A DNA stretch of 64,000 nucleotides from an uncultured Lentisphaerota bacterium (GCA_900321255.1 ONVK01000030.1:848-64847), one strand, 5' to 3'. Shown: positions 32,846 to 41,976, counted from the first letter of the stretch. Made by a program: numbers and translations. The notes: generated by a model not told the origin, from the sequence alone.

Positions 32846-33889
32846 TCAGAAGAACATTTTCGCCACCGCGAGAAGACCCTGCTTCCACGGAACGCGGTGG
32901 GAGACGCCAGACTTGCCCTTGAACTCCGAGAGATGCTCGACGTACCAGTCGTAGTTTCGGATAAGCGCCTGCTTGTTGGAGTGCCGGGGCTTGAAGTCGA
33001 GTATCTTCTCGGCCTTCTCGATCGAGACGAACGAGTCGGTGGAGGCCGTCTCGTAGACCCAAGGATAGAGGGGCGAGAGGTGCAGTTTCTCGAGGATGCG
33101 GAGGATGAAGACTATCGGCTTCACGGGCGTGCCGTGGATCTTCTTCCCGTGGCCCGCATGGTCGAGGACGGCCTGGTAGTCCTCCTTCATCGTCGTGAAC
33201 TCCTTCGCGCCGATGTTGAACTCGGTCGCGACCTTGTCCTTCGGGTACGTCATCGCGTTCCAGATCGCATGGTCGAGGTCGTCCACGTCCATCAGCTGGT
33301 AGCGGTTGTTGCCGCTGCCGATCATCGGGAAGCCGTGACCCGTATACGCCCAGTCGTAGAAGAGCGCGAAAACGCCGAGACGCTCCGGGCCTATGAAGCT
33401 CTTCGGGCGTATGATCGAGACGCAGTACCCTTCCTTGATCGCCTCGCGGCAGATGTCCTCCGCGTCGATCTTCGCCTGGCCGTATGGTCCGACGCCGATC
33501 AGCGGATCGGTCTCGTAGATCGGATGCTTCTTCGGTACGCCGTAGACTGCCGTAGAGGAAATCTGGATCATTCTGTCGCAGCCGAACTTGCGGCACGCGG
33601 CAAGGACATTGCGGCATCCATCGACCTCGGTCGTGAAGATGTCCTTCTCGGAGTAGAGCGGAAGCGCCGCGGCACAGTGAACTACGATATCGCAGCCCTC
33701 GACGCATTTCTCGACAGCCGGAACGTCACGGACGTCGCCAAGAGTGAACTTGAGCCACGGCTCGGACTTCTCTGGATAGTCGAAGTCGGCTATGTCGAGG
33801 ACGCGGATCTCCTCCACGCCCTTGGTGCGGAGGAAACGAATGAGGTTGATGCCGAGAAAGCCCGAGCCGCCTGTGACGAGGACCTTCAT
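32846..33889 (-). CDS. NAD-dependent epimerase/dehydratase (SDR family)
   Basis: Start set at ATG 33889: MKVLVTGGSGFLG. YGQAK catalytic motif. Confidence 0.85.
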   Translation of the reverse strand: MKVLVTGGSGFLGINLIRFLRTKGVEEIRVLDIADFDYPEKSEPWLKFTLGDVRDVPAVEKCVEGCDIVVHCAAALPLYSEKDIFTTEVDGCRNVLAACRKFGCDRMIQISSTAVYGVPKKHPIYETDPLIGVGPYGQAKIDAEDICREAIKEGYCVSIIRPKSFIGPERLGVFALFYDWAYTGHGFPMIGSGNNRYQLMDVDDLDHAIWNAMTYPKDKVATEFNIGAKEFTTMKEDYQAVLDHAGHGKKIHGTPVKPIVFILRILEKLHLSPLYPWVYETASTDSFVSIEKAEKILDFKPRHSNKQALIRNYDWYVEHLSEFKGKSGVSHRVPWKQGLLAVAKMFF

Positions 33890-33897
33890 CGCGCACC

Positions 33898-34350
33898 TCA
33901 CTTCGCTTCAGGAGCGGCTGGCGCAGGAGCGGCAGGTGCGGCCGGCGCAGGAGCGGCGGGAGCGGCAGGAGCGGCGGGAGCAGCTGCAGGGGCAGCAGGC
34001 GCCTCGGGCGCAGCTGGCACATCGGGGACTGCCGGAAGCTCGGGCGCCGCAGGAAGCGCAGGCGCAGTCTCGGCCGCAGGCTCTGCTTCGCGGGCCATCA
34101 GGCTGCGGGAGTGAACCGTCGAGGTGAGACGGGCAAGAACGAGCGTGTTGAGAAGGAAGATCGCGCCGAGAATCGCAGTCGTGCGGATGAGGACATTGCC
34201 CGCGTCGGCACCGAGCGACGCCTCGAGCATGCCGCCTCCGAACGCGCCGCCGAGACCGCCTTCCTTCGGCTTCTGAAGCATGACGACCATCGCCAGAAGG
34301 ATGCAGACCAGCACCTCTACCACATAAAGAAACCCAATGAAAATTGCCAT
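33898..34350 (-). CDS. secG: preprotein translocase subunit SecG with an ~70-aa Ala/Pro-rich C-terminal tail
   Basis: LLAMVVMLQKPKEGGLGGAFGGG and a second TM helix. The tail is PALPAAPELPAVPDVPAAPEAPAAPAAAPAAP... Confidence 0.8.
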   Translation of the reverse strand: MAIFIGFLYVVEVLVCILLAMVVMLQKPKEGGLGGAFGGGMLEASLGADAGNVLIRTTAILGAIFLLNTLVLARLTSTVHSRSLMAREAEPAAETAPALPAAPELPAVPDVPAAPEAPAAPAAAPAAPAAPAAPAPAAPAAPAPAAPEAK

Positions 34351-34378
34351 TTCGCTTTCCTTTCGTTTATTGGTGTAT

Positions 34379-34387
34379 ATTATACCT
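34379..34387 (-). promoter_or_regulatory. -10 box AGGTATAAT upstream of secG
   Basis: The minus strand reads AGGTATAAT, followed by a 28-nt leader with AAAGGAAAG and then ATG 34350. Confidence 0.4.
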
Positions 34388-34404
34388 AATTTTTGCGCCT
34401 CTCG

Positions 34405-35498
34405 TCAATGCCGCACAGGCGCATTCTGCGGCGCGGCGGAACGCGCGGACTTGACGACAAGCGTGAAGCGCGAGCCCGACGGCACGACAGGCGAGAACCA
34501 CACGTCGCCGCCGTGGAGACGCGCGATGCGGCGGACGATCGCGAGCCCGAGCCCCGCGCCGCCCGACTCGGCCGCGCGCGCGGGGTCCACGCGGTGGAAT
34601 CGCTCGAAAATCCTCTCCGCATGCTCTGGCGGTATACCTATGCCGTGATCCTCGACAACGACGGCGAAACCGCGGGCCGTTGCGGAAACAGAGACCGCGA
34701 CATCCGGCGAACCTGAGTGGCGGATAGCGTTCGAGACAAGATTGGCTATCGCCTCCGAGACAAGCCGCGCATCGATCGTCGCGACGCAGGGCGCTTCTGG
34801 CGCAGCGAACGACAAGTCGATTCCGGCAGCCTCGGCGCGCGGACGGAGCGACTCCACCGTCTCTCGCACAAGATCGGCGAGATCGGTTTCTGCAGGGTCG
34901 AGGGCGTTCGACTCGCGCTCAAGCCGCGCAAGGTCGAGAATCTGCTGGACGAGCGTGTTGAGCCGCTTCGACTCCTTCGATATCATCGAAAGAAGCGGCC
35001 GCTGCGCATCGGAAGCGCCGCCGTCCTCAAGCATGTCGACCGCGCCGAGTATGCCGGTGAGCGGCGTCTTGATCTCGTGCGAGACGTCGGCCACAAACTC
35101 GCGGCGGAACTTCTCGAGCCGCGCGAGCTCGCGTATCCTGACGCGCTGGCGGTAGAGCGCGAAGAAGAAACGCGGTCAAGAGGAATTCCAAGCATCACCT
35201 CGAAGGCCCCGGCGTCTTCAATCGCCCCGTAGATGTAGTCGCTGTCGCGCAAGACGTCGGTGAAGCCGCCGAGGGAGTCGAAGACCAGCCCGCCCTTGGG
35301 CTTGCCGAAGATGCTGAGCCGCACTCCGTCTGCCGCGCACTGGCGGCTGAACGCATGAACGGCGGCGAAGTCGCCTGTGCGCAGAGGCTCCTCAAGCGTA
35401 GAGGCGGCAACCTTGGTCCTGGAGAACAGGTCATTCCCGGCCCACTCGAGCACAGACGCGCGGAAAGCCGACATCTCGCGTGCGAAGACGACCGTCAC
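34405..35498 (-). pseudogene. sensor histidine kinase split by a frameshift (ORFs 34405..35094 and 34983..35498)
   Basis: The downstream ORF holds the complete HisKA+HATPase (SHEIKTPLT, GGAGLGLAIV). Its frame continues upstream as FFFALYRQRVRIRELARLEKFRREFVADVSHE until a TGA at 35176..35178. The sensor part is in another frame (..GAFEVMLGIPL). No canonical start codon precedes the first TM helix. Confidence 0.6.
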
Positions 35499-35541
35499 GC
35501 CGACAAAACCGACGGCGGCGATTGCGGCGGGAAGCCACGTC

Positions 35542-36095
35542 CTAAACCTTGATTCGATAACCCACCCCCCTTATCGTCTCTATGTGGTCGCTCCAGCCGC
35601 CGAGCTTCTGACGCAGCTTCGCGACCTGCACGTCTACAGTGCGTTCGTCGGCGGGACGCTGGAACACGCGCCCCCGATCCTGAGGCCGTCGAAATCCATT
35701 CCCTCCGTGACTGGAAGCCCCCTTCTCAAGACCGCGTTCACGCGCGCAAGGAGAACCTTCCTGTCGAACGGCTTCGTCACATAGTCGTCAGCTCCGGCAT
35801 CGAGGCCGCGCACTATGTCCTCGCTCGCGGTCCGCGCAGTAAGCATGACGATGCGCGTCGCCGCGAGCACGGGCGTGGCGCGTATCCTCTTCGCTATCGC
35901 GAAACCGTCGAGACCGGGGAGCATCACGTCGAGAAGCAGCAGGTCGGGCTTCTCCCTCTCCACCATCTTGAGCCCGTCGTCGCCTCGCGGCGAGGAGGCG
36001 ACGTCGGAGTATCCGGCGCCGAGAAGCGCCATCTCGAGGAGCGCGCGTATCGTCGCGTCGTCCTCTATGATGCGGATCTTGGCAAGTTCACCCAT
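35542..36095 (-). pseudogene. OmpR-family response regulator with a frameshift at a G5/C5 run and a shortened winged-helix domain
   Basis: The receiver domain is intact (LLLLDVMLPGLDG, DDYVTKPF; ORF 35634..36095). After DGLRI, a +1 shift at 35671..35675 restores DRGRRVFQRPADERTVDVQVAKLRQKLGG..IETIRGVGYRIKV*. About 35-40 aa of a normal wHTH appear to be missing. Confidence 0.6.
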
Positions 36096-36098
36096 GGT

Positions 36099-37454
36099 CT
36101 ACAGGGCGGCGAGAATCCTGCGCCCCCATTCGCGCGCCTTGTCGAACTGCGCAAGTGAATAGCTTTCGTTCGGGGAGTGTATCCTGTCTTCCGCCTGCCC
36201 CCAGCCGACGATCAGCGGAGCCGCGCCAGAGGCCTCGCGCAGGAGCGAGAGAACCGGTATCGACGCGCCGCACCACTGGAACGCGGGGCCGCGCGGGTCC
36301 ATCTCGGAAAGGACGTCGGCCGCAAGGCGAAAGAGCGGCGAGGCGAGCGGAAGCCTGAACGCGGCAGTGCCTTCGGACACATCCTCGAACGAGATCTTCA
36401 TCCCCTTCGGGCATCTGTCCTCGAGATGCGCGCGCACCGCGGCAAAGGCGCCGCGCGGCGACTGGCCGGGCACGAGGCGCATCGATATCTTCGCGAACGC
36501 GGACGAGGGGATGACAGTTTTCGCGCCCGGCCCGCCGTATCCCGAATGGATTCCGTTCACCTCGATCGTCGGCTCGAACGAGTTGCGCTGGACGAGCGTC
36601 TTCCCCGTCTGCCCGCCGCACGGCTCGCAGCCGATGTCCGCCTCAAGCGACTCCTCCGAAGGTCCGAGCGCCTCCGCCTTCGCGAGCTCGTCGTGAGTCG
36701 GGTTCTCGATCCCGTCGCGAAACCCCGCGACGGCGATCGAACCGTCGGGGAGGTGGAGGCTCGCGACGAGTTCCGCGATGCCCTGGGCCGGATTCGGCGA
36801 TATGCCGCCGTATTCGCCGGAGTGGAGATCGCGCGACGGACCCGTGAGATTGACCGTAAAGTGCGAGACTCCGCGAAGGCCCGCGACGATCGCCGGCCTC
36901 AGGTCCGGCGCGGCGGAGGTGTCGCACACGAGCAGCACGTCAGCGGCGAGGCGGCGCCTGAGAGACGGGACGAGCTCGGAAAGCGCCCTGCTGCCCGACT
37001 CCTCCTGGCCGTCGAGAACGATCTTGATGTTGATCTTTCGCCCTTCCGACGCGAGGTAGTCGCGCATGCCGCAGAGGAGCGCGAACGTCTGCCCCTTGTC
37101 GTCGTTCGCGCCGCGGCAGTACATGCGCCCATCCTGGACGACCGGCTCGAAAGGCGGCGTCTTCCACTCCCCGAGCGGATCCGGCGGCTGGACGTCGTAA
37201 TGCCCGTAGACGAGAACGGTCGACCCTCCTTCTTCCCCCTTCCGCTCGGCAAAGACGACCGGCGGCGGCAGCTTGGCTTCCGCGGCGGATTCGCCGCGCC
37301 CGGGATAGAGGAGCTCCACCTCGAAACCGAGCTTCGAAAGCCACTTCCGCAGCCATGACGCGCACGAGACGCATTCCTTGAGATGCGCTGCGTCCGCGCC
37401 TATCGACTCGAACCCGAGAAGTTCACGCCACTCGCCAAGAACTGATTCCTCCAT
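36099..37454 (-). CDS. M20-family metallopeptidase (dipeptidase/ArgE-DapE-like)
   Basis: Start set at ATG 37454 (AAAGGAG RBS). VYGHYDVQP, GANDDKGQ, DGQEESGS. Confidence 0.85.
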   Translation of the reverse strand: MEESVLGEWRELLGFESIGADAAHLKECVSCASWLRKWLSKLGFEVELLYPGRGESAAEAKLPPPVVFAERKGEEGGSTVLVYGHYDVQPPDPLGEWKTPPFEPVVQDGRMYCRGANDDKGQTFALLCGMRDYLASEGRKINIKIVLDGQEESGSRALSELVPSLRRRLAADVLLVCDTSAAPDLRPAIVAGLRGVSHFTVNLTGPSRDLHSGEYGGISPNPAQGIAELVASLHLPDGSIAVAGFRDGIENPTHDELAKAEALGPSEESLEADIGCEPCGGQTGKTLVQRNSFEPTIEVNGIHSGYGGPGAKTVIPSSAFAKISMRLVPGQSPRGAFAAVRAHLEDRCPKGMKISFEDVSEGTAAFRLPLASPLFRLAADVLSEMDPRGPAFQWCGASIPVLSLLREASGAAPLIVGWGQAEDRIHSPNESYSLAQFDKAREWGRRILAAL

Positions 37455-37479
37455 CGTCGCTCCTTTCGTTAAGCCCCTA

Positions 37480-38616
37480 TCATATCGCGCCGACAAGCCA
37501 GGCGAAAACGAGCAGAGCCGCAATCGCCGCAACGGCCATGACAGCCCACGAAGCCAGCCTGCGCATCCGCTTGCGCCGCTTCAGCCGGTTTACGAAATCC
37601 TGTATCTCCACGTCCTGCGTCTCGTACGCAAGCGGGTCGGCGTTGTCGTCGGGAGAAGCGGCGCTCTTCTGCAGAAGCGAGCGCATGCTGACGAGCGTCG
37701 GCGCGGAATCCGCGCTGCGGTCGAACTTTACTTCGCCGGCAGGCCTGGTCTTGAGGTGGTAGCCTATCTTCGCGAACTCCGCGATGAGCGCGGCAGGCGT
37801 CGCGATGCGCCTGTCGCACTCCTTGACGCACATCCTGCGAATGACCGTCGCAAGCGCGGAATCGACTTCCGGGTTTATGTCGCGAATGTCCGGGAACGGA
37901 TCCGAGGAAAGCGTCTGCACGAGGATCTGCGGCGCGTTTGGCCCGTCGTACGGCACCTTGCCCGCGATCATCTCGAAGAGAACGACTCCGAGCGAGTATA
38001 TGTCAGCGCGGACATCCACCGCCGACGCGTCGAGCGCCTGCTCGGGGGCGACGTATGCGGGTGTTCCGAAGACGCTTTCCGCCTCGGTGCAGAGCGAGTC
38101 GCGCAGGCCATCGGCCTTAGCTATGCCGAGGTCGACGAGCTTGACCGTGCCGTCGGGCTGGATCATTATGTTCTCGGGCTTTATGTCGCGGTGCACGACG
38201 TGGTATTCCTGCGCAGCGTCGAGAGCCGACGCCACCTGCAGAACGACCTCCACGGCGCGGGCGGGGGCGAACTTTCCGGCGAAGGCGAGCGCCTGCCTGA
38301 GGTCTCCGCCCGAGACGTAGTCCATCACGATGAAGTAGATGCCGCGCGCCTCGTCAAAGCCGCAGTCGTGCACCGCCACGAGGTTGGGGTGGCGTATGCG
38401 CGTCGCTATCTTCGCCTCGCGCAGAAAACGCTTTACGTAGTCGGAGTTCTCCTTCGCGACATCCGGGAAAAGCGCCTTGAGCGCATAGACGGTGTCGAGC
38501 AGCTCGTGCCTCACGAGGTAAACGGCGCCGAGCGAGCCGTTGCCGAGAAGCCGTTCTACGACGTAGCCGCGGAACTTGTCGCCCGAGTGGAAAATCTCCG
38601 GCTTGCCGAAGTTCAT
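37480..38616 (-). CDS. Ser/Thr protein kinase, C-terminal tail anchor
   Basis: Start set at ATG 38616 (ATGA overlap). GNGSLGAVY, ALK, HRDIKPENI, DLG, GTPAYVAPE. Single C-terminal TM helix. Confidence 0.88.
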   Translation of the reverse strand: MNFGKPEIFHSGDKFRGYVVERLLGNGSLGAVYLVRHELLDTVYALKALFPDVAKENSDYVKRFLREAKIATRIRHPNLVAVHDCGFDEARGIYFIVMDYVSGGDLRQALAFAGKFAPARAVEVVLQVASALDAAQEYHVVHRDIKPENIMIQPDGTVKLVDLGIAKADGLRDSLCTEAESVFGTPAYVAPEQALDASAVDVRADIYSLGVVLFEMIAGKVPYDGPNAPQILVQTLSSDPFPDIRDINPEVDSALATVIRRMCVKECDRRIATPAALIAEFAKIGYHLKTRPAGEVKFDRSADSAPTLVSMRSLLQKSAASPDDNADPLAYETQDVEIQDFVNRLKRRKRMRRLASWAVMAVAAIAALLVFAWLVGAI

Positions 38617-39389
38617 CCGGCCCCTCCGATTTTGACGACCACGGCGGAATAGTTGTCGCGCGCACCGGTGGCGACGACAAGCGAGCATATGCGGGCGAGG
38701 ATTGTCTTCGCGTCGCCGCCGCCTGAAACGGCGACGGAGAGCGCCGAAGGCGGCACCGCGCCGTGCACGCCGTCCGAGCAGACAAGCAGGACGTCTCCCT
38801 CCTTGACGTCGAACTTGCGCCAGTCGACCTTGAGCCGCTCCTGCCCCACTCCGACTGCACGCGTGAGAACATGGGAGAGGGCGAGCGCCCTGACGTCGGC
38901 AAGCGGCTTCACGCCCTGCGGAGGACGGTGGGACAGTATCGCCTCCGTCAGCGTATGGTCGCGCGTCAGCTGCTGGAGCTTCCCGTCCCGCAGGCGGTAG
39001 ACCCTGCTGTCGCCGACGTTCCCGACTGCCGCGATGCGCTTGCCGTCGCTTATCAGAACGGCGACGGTCGATCCCATCTGCCTGTATCCGGCGGAAGAAG
39101 CTATCGCCCTTATCTCGTCGTCGGCGCGGCGAATCGCGTCGTCGACAAGCCGGACGCGATCGGCGAAGCCAACGTGTTCGCGGAGCGCCGAATCAATGCT
39201 GCGGCAAATGATGTCGCTCGCCTGTCCACCTGCCTCGCCGCCTCCCATTCCGTCGGCAACGCAGAAGACGAGGGTCTTGGGATCTGCGACGAGATGGTCC
39301 TGGTTGTCTTTGCGCACGAGCCCGCATTCGCTGGCGGAAGCGACGTCAACCTTGAATCTGCGTCTTTCACCGACAAGTCCGAACAGCAT
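38613..39389 (-). CDS. PP2C-family Ser/Thr protein phosphatase
   Basis: Start set at ATG 39389. RKDNQDH, VADGMGG, VCSDGV. Confidence 0.88.
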   Translation of the reverse strand: MLFGLVGERRRFKVDVASASECGLVRKDNQDHLVADPKTLVFCVADGMGGGEAGGQASDIICRSIDSALREHVGFADRVRLVDDAIRRADDEIRAIASSAGYRQMGSTVAVLISDGKRIAAVGNVGDSRVYRLRDGKLQQLTRDHTLTEAILSHRPPQGVKPLADVRALALSHVLTRAVGVGQERLKVDWRKFDVKEGDVLLVCSDGVHGAVPPSALSVAVSGGGDAKTILARICSLVVATGARDNYSAVVVKIGGAG

Positions 39390-39394
39390 GGCGG

Positions 39395-40393
39395 CTACCC
39401 TCCCCTCAACGCCCTGAAAACAGCAAGGACAAGCGCCTCGAGCGCAAGAACCATCGCGGTCGCCGCAAACAGCACGCCGCGGTCGCGATACCACGGCGGC
39501 CTGGCCGGCGCCTCCTCGCGGACCTGCTCGGGGCCAGCGCTGGCGCCAAGCAGCGGAATCAGCCGCCCGAGCACAAGCGCCGCGGAACGGGGCCGGTCGT
39601 CGGGATCGGGCAGCGTCATTTCGGCGACAAGCGCCGCGAGCGCCGGCGGCACGTCCGGACGCGACTCGCGCACGTCCGGGAACGCGCGACCCTCTATGGC
39701 CTTCGCGAGCGTGTTCATCGCGTTCTCCCCCGCGTTAGGCCTGCGCCCAGCCAGGAGCTCGTACAACATGACGCCGAACGAGTAGATGTCGGCGCGTATG
39801 TCGACGGAGTGCGAGTCGAGCATCTGCTCAGGGGCCATGTATGCAGGGGTGCCGATCACGGCGGAAGCGCTTGTCGCGCGCACGTCGCCGCGCTGCTCGA
39901 AGCGCGAGATGCCGAAATCCGCGAGCTTGGCGGTGCCGTCAGCCGCAAAGAGGACGTTGTCTGGCTTTATGTCGCGGTGCACCATCCCGTTGCGCTCGAT
40001 GTGCACAAGCGCATGCGCGACATCGCGCGCAATCGACACCGCCCTCTCGACGGGAAGCCCGTTCTTCGAGGCGGACACGAGATCCCTCAGCGAACCGCCG
40101 GGAAGATATTCCATTACATGGTAGAAAAGCCCGGTCGCCGCATCGCGCCCTGCATCCCAGACCTCGACTAGATTCGGATGGCGGGCCCTGGTCGCGAAAT
40201 CGGCCTCGTGCAGAAACCGCTCGGCAAAGCTCTGGTCGTCGGACGGCGCGAGCACCTTGAGGGCGCATCTCGCGCCCTTGGGGTTCTCCGCAAGGAACAC
40301 CACGCCCATGCCGCCCGAGCCGAGCCGCCTCACGATGCGAAGATTCCCGAAGATGCCTCCGGGGACAAGTGTCTCTCGCCAATCACCGTCCAC
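39395..40393 (-). CDS. Ser/Thr protein kinase, C-terminal tail anchor (second copy)
   Basis: GTG start. GSGGMGVVF, ALK, HRDIKPDNV, DFG, GTPAYMAPE. C-terminal TM helix. Confidence 0.85.
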   Translation of the reverse strand: MDGDWRETLVPGGIFGNLRIVRRLGSGGMGVVFLAENPKGARCALKVLAPSDDQSFAERFLHEADFATRARHPNLVEVWDAGRDAATGLFYHVMEYLPGGSLRDLVSASKNGLPVERAVSIARDVAHALVHIERNGMVHRDIKPDNVLFAADGTAKLADFGISRFEQRGDVRATSASAVIGTPAYMAPEQMLDSHSVDIRADIYSFGVMLYELLAGRRPNAGENAMNTLAKAIEGRAFPDVRESRPDVPPALAALVAEMTLPDPDDRPRSAALVLGRLIPLLGASAGPEQVREEAPARPPWYRDRGVLFAATAMVLALEALVLAVFRALRGG

Positions 40394-40399
40394 AAGAGC

Positions 40400-40408
40400 A
40401 TTATACCA
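40400..40408 (-). promoter_or_regulatory. extended -10 box TGGTATAAT, 6 nt from the GTG start at 40393
   Basis: The minus strand reads TTTGGTATAAT-GCTCTT-GTG. Confidence 0.4.
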
Positions 40409-40420
40409 AAAAGAACGGAC

Positions 40421-41803
40421 CTATGCAGTCCCGACTTTCTCTGGCTGGCCGCCAACGGCGGCGGTCTTGCGGGTGCGCGCCTTGAGGAACATCCTGAGCG
40501 GAGCCCCTTCGAGCCCGAAGCGCGCGCGGATGTTCTTTTCGATGTAGCTCAAGTACGCGGGGGTGACGAGCTTCGGGTCGTTCACGAAAAGGCGTATCGT
40601 CTGCGGGTTCGTCGAGACCTGCAGCCCGTAGTAGATCTTGAGCCGCTTGCCCCTCACCATCGGCGACTGCGTCTTCTTCGTCGCCTTCACGATGGAGTTG
40701 TTGAGCATCCCTGTCGGAATCCTCTCGCTCGCCGACGCCGCGGCGCGGTCGATCGCCTCTACGGTACGGCGGATGTTGTAGCCCGACTTGTTGGAGCAGA
40801 AGACAATCGGCGCAAAGTTGAGGAACGGCATCATCTTGCGCACCGCATCCGCCGCCTTCTTCTCGTTGGTGATTCCGTCCTTGATCGCGAGATCCCACTT
40901 GTTGAGCATCAGGACGCACGCCCTGTGCGCGTCGAGTATCTTGCCCGCGATGCGCTTGTCCTGCATCGTCGGACCCATCACGGGGTCGAGCAGGAGAACC
41001 ACCACGTCCGCCTCCTCGATCGCTTGCTCCGAGCGGAAGAGCGAGAAATTGTCGACGGAAGTCTTCGACATCTTCGTGTGCGGCTTCATCCCCGCGGTGT
41101 CGACGAGCATGTAGCGCCGCGCCTCGGGACCAGTGCCGATCGTGAACGGCACCTCGACCGCGTCGCGCGTCGTGCCCGCGATCTCGGAGACGATCACCCT
41201 CGGCGCGTTGAGGAGCCGGTTGATATACGAGGACTTCCCGGCATTAGGCCGACCGACCACCGCGACCCTTAGCGGACGCTTCGCAGACTCCTCCTCCATA
41301 TCCACCGGGGGAAGCTTCGAGACGAAGTCCTTCACGAGCGCATCCACGCCGCGGCCGTGCTCAGCGCTCGTCGCGAAAACGGGAAGGCCGAACCGCTCGA
41401 ACTCCGCAGCGCGCCAGTCGTCGTCAGGCGTGTCGCACTTGTTCGCCGCGATTACGCACGGAACGCCGGACTTGCGGACGCGCTGGATGACTTCGGAATC
41501 GAGAGGCGTGATGCCCGCGCGCGCATCAACCACGACGACGCAGACGGCGGAATCCTCGACCGCGAGCGCGGCCTGGCTCTTCGTCTCCTCGTCGAGCGGA
41601 TCGTTCGTGACGCTGCGGTCGAACGCAATGCCGCCGGTGTCGACGAGCATTATCTTGCGCCCAAGGACGTCGACCTCGCGCGTCACGCGGTCGCGCGTCA
41701 CGCCCGGCTGGTCGAATACGATGGCGACGCGCTTCTTCGCAATGCGGTTGAAAAGCGCGCTCTTGCCCGTGTTGGGCCTGCCTACGAGAGATACGACGTT
41801 CAT
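40421..41803 (-). CDS. der: ribosome-biogenesis GTPase Der (EngA)
   Basis: Two G domains (GRPNTGKSALFN, GRPNAGKSSYIN) plus a KH-like C-terminus. Confidence 0.92.
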   Translation of the reverse strand: MNVVSLVGRPNTGKSALFNRIAKKRVAIVFDQPGVTRDRVTREVDVLGRKIMLVDTGGIAFDRSVTNDPLDEETKSQAALAVEDSAVCVVVVDARAGITPLDSEVIQRVRKSGVPCVIAANKCDTPDDDWRAAEFERFGLPVFATSAEHGRGVDALVKDFVSKLPPVDMEEESAKRPLRVAVVGRPNAGKSSYINRLLNAPRVIVSEIAGTTRDAVEVPFTIGTGPEARRYMLVDTAGMKPHTKMSKTSVDNFSLFRSEQAIEEADVVVLLLDPVMGPTMQDKRIAGKILDAHRACVLMLNKWDLAIKDGITNEKKAADAVRKMMPFLNFAPIVFCSNKSGYNIRRTVEAIDRAAASASERIPTGMLNNSIVKATKKTQSPMVRGKRLKIYYGLQVSTNPQTIRLFVNDPKLVTPAYLSYIEKNIRARFGLEGAPLRMFLKARTRKTAAVGGQPEKVGTA

Positions 41804-41824
41804 CTTATGCTCCTTGAGGAAAGT

Positions 41825-41833
41825 ATTATACCA
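41825..41833 (-). promoter_or_regulatory. extended -10 box TGGTATAAT upstream of der
   Basis: The minus strand reads TTTTTGGTATAAT, followed by a 21-nt leader with AAGGAG and then ATG 41803. Confidence 0.45.
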
Positions 41834-41850
41834 AAAACCGCTATCGCGTA

Positions 41851-41947
41851 GGAGTCAGTACAGAGGAGTCAGGAGTCAGTGCAAGGTGATAAAACACTGA
41901 CCCCTGACTACTGACCCCTGACTACTGGCCCTGACCCCTTGACTTCC
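41851..41947. repeat. two opposed heptanucleotide-repeat blocks (GGAGTCA units, then CTGACYC units) forming a long imperfect hairpin
   Basis: GGAGTCAGTACAGAGGAGTCAGGAGTCAGTG ... CACTGACCCCTGACTACTGACCCCTGACTACTGGCCCTGACCCC. It lies in the divergent der / GT4 intergenic region. Confidence 0.85.
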
Positions 41948-41962
41948 TTCGTTCATTTTTAG

Positions 41963-41968
41963 GATAAT
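41963..41968 (+). promoter_or_regulatory. -10 box GATAAT, 8 nt from ATG 41977 (leaderless arrangement)
   Basis: The plus strand reads TTTTTAGGATAAT-ACGCGCAG-ATG. Confidence 0.35.
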
Positions 41969-41976
41969 ACGCGCAG

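Noticed and set aside
33905-34030. GC-rich degenerate DNA repeat as an independent repeat element
   Set aside because: It lies in frame within the secG ORF and encodes the Ala/Pro tail. It is treated as coding low-complexity sequence, not a separate feature.
35665-35680. Programmed ribosomal frameshift in the response-regulator gene
   Set aside because: No slippery heptamer of the X_XXY_YYZ type with a downstream structure was seen. The winged-helix domain is also internally shortened and the partner kinase is broken too. Decay or sequencing error is more parsimonious.
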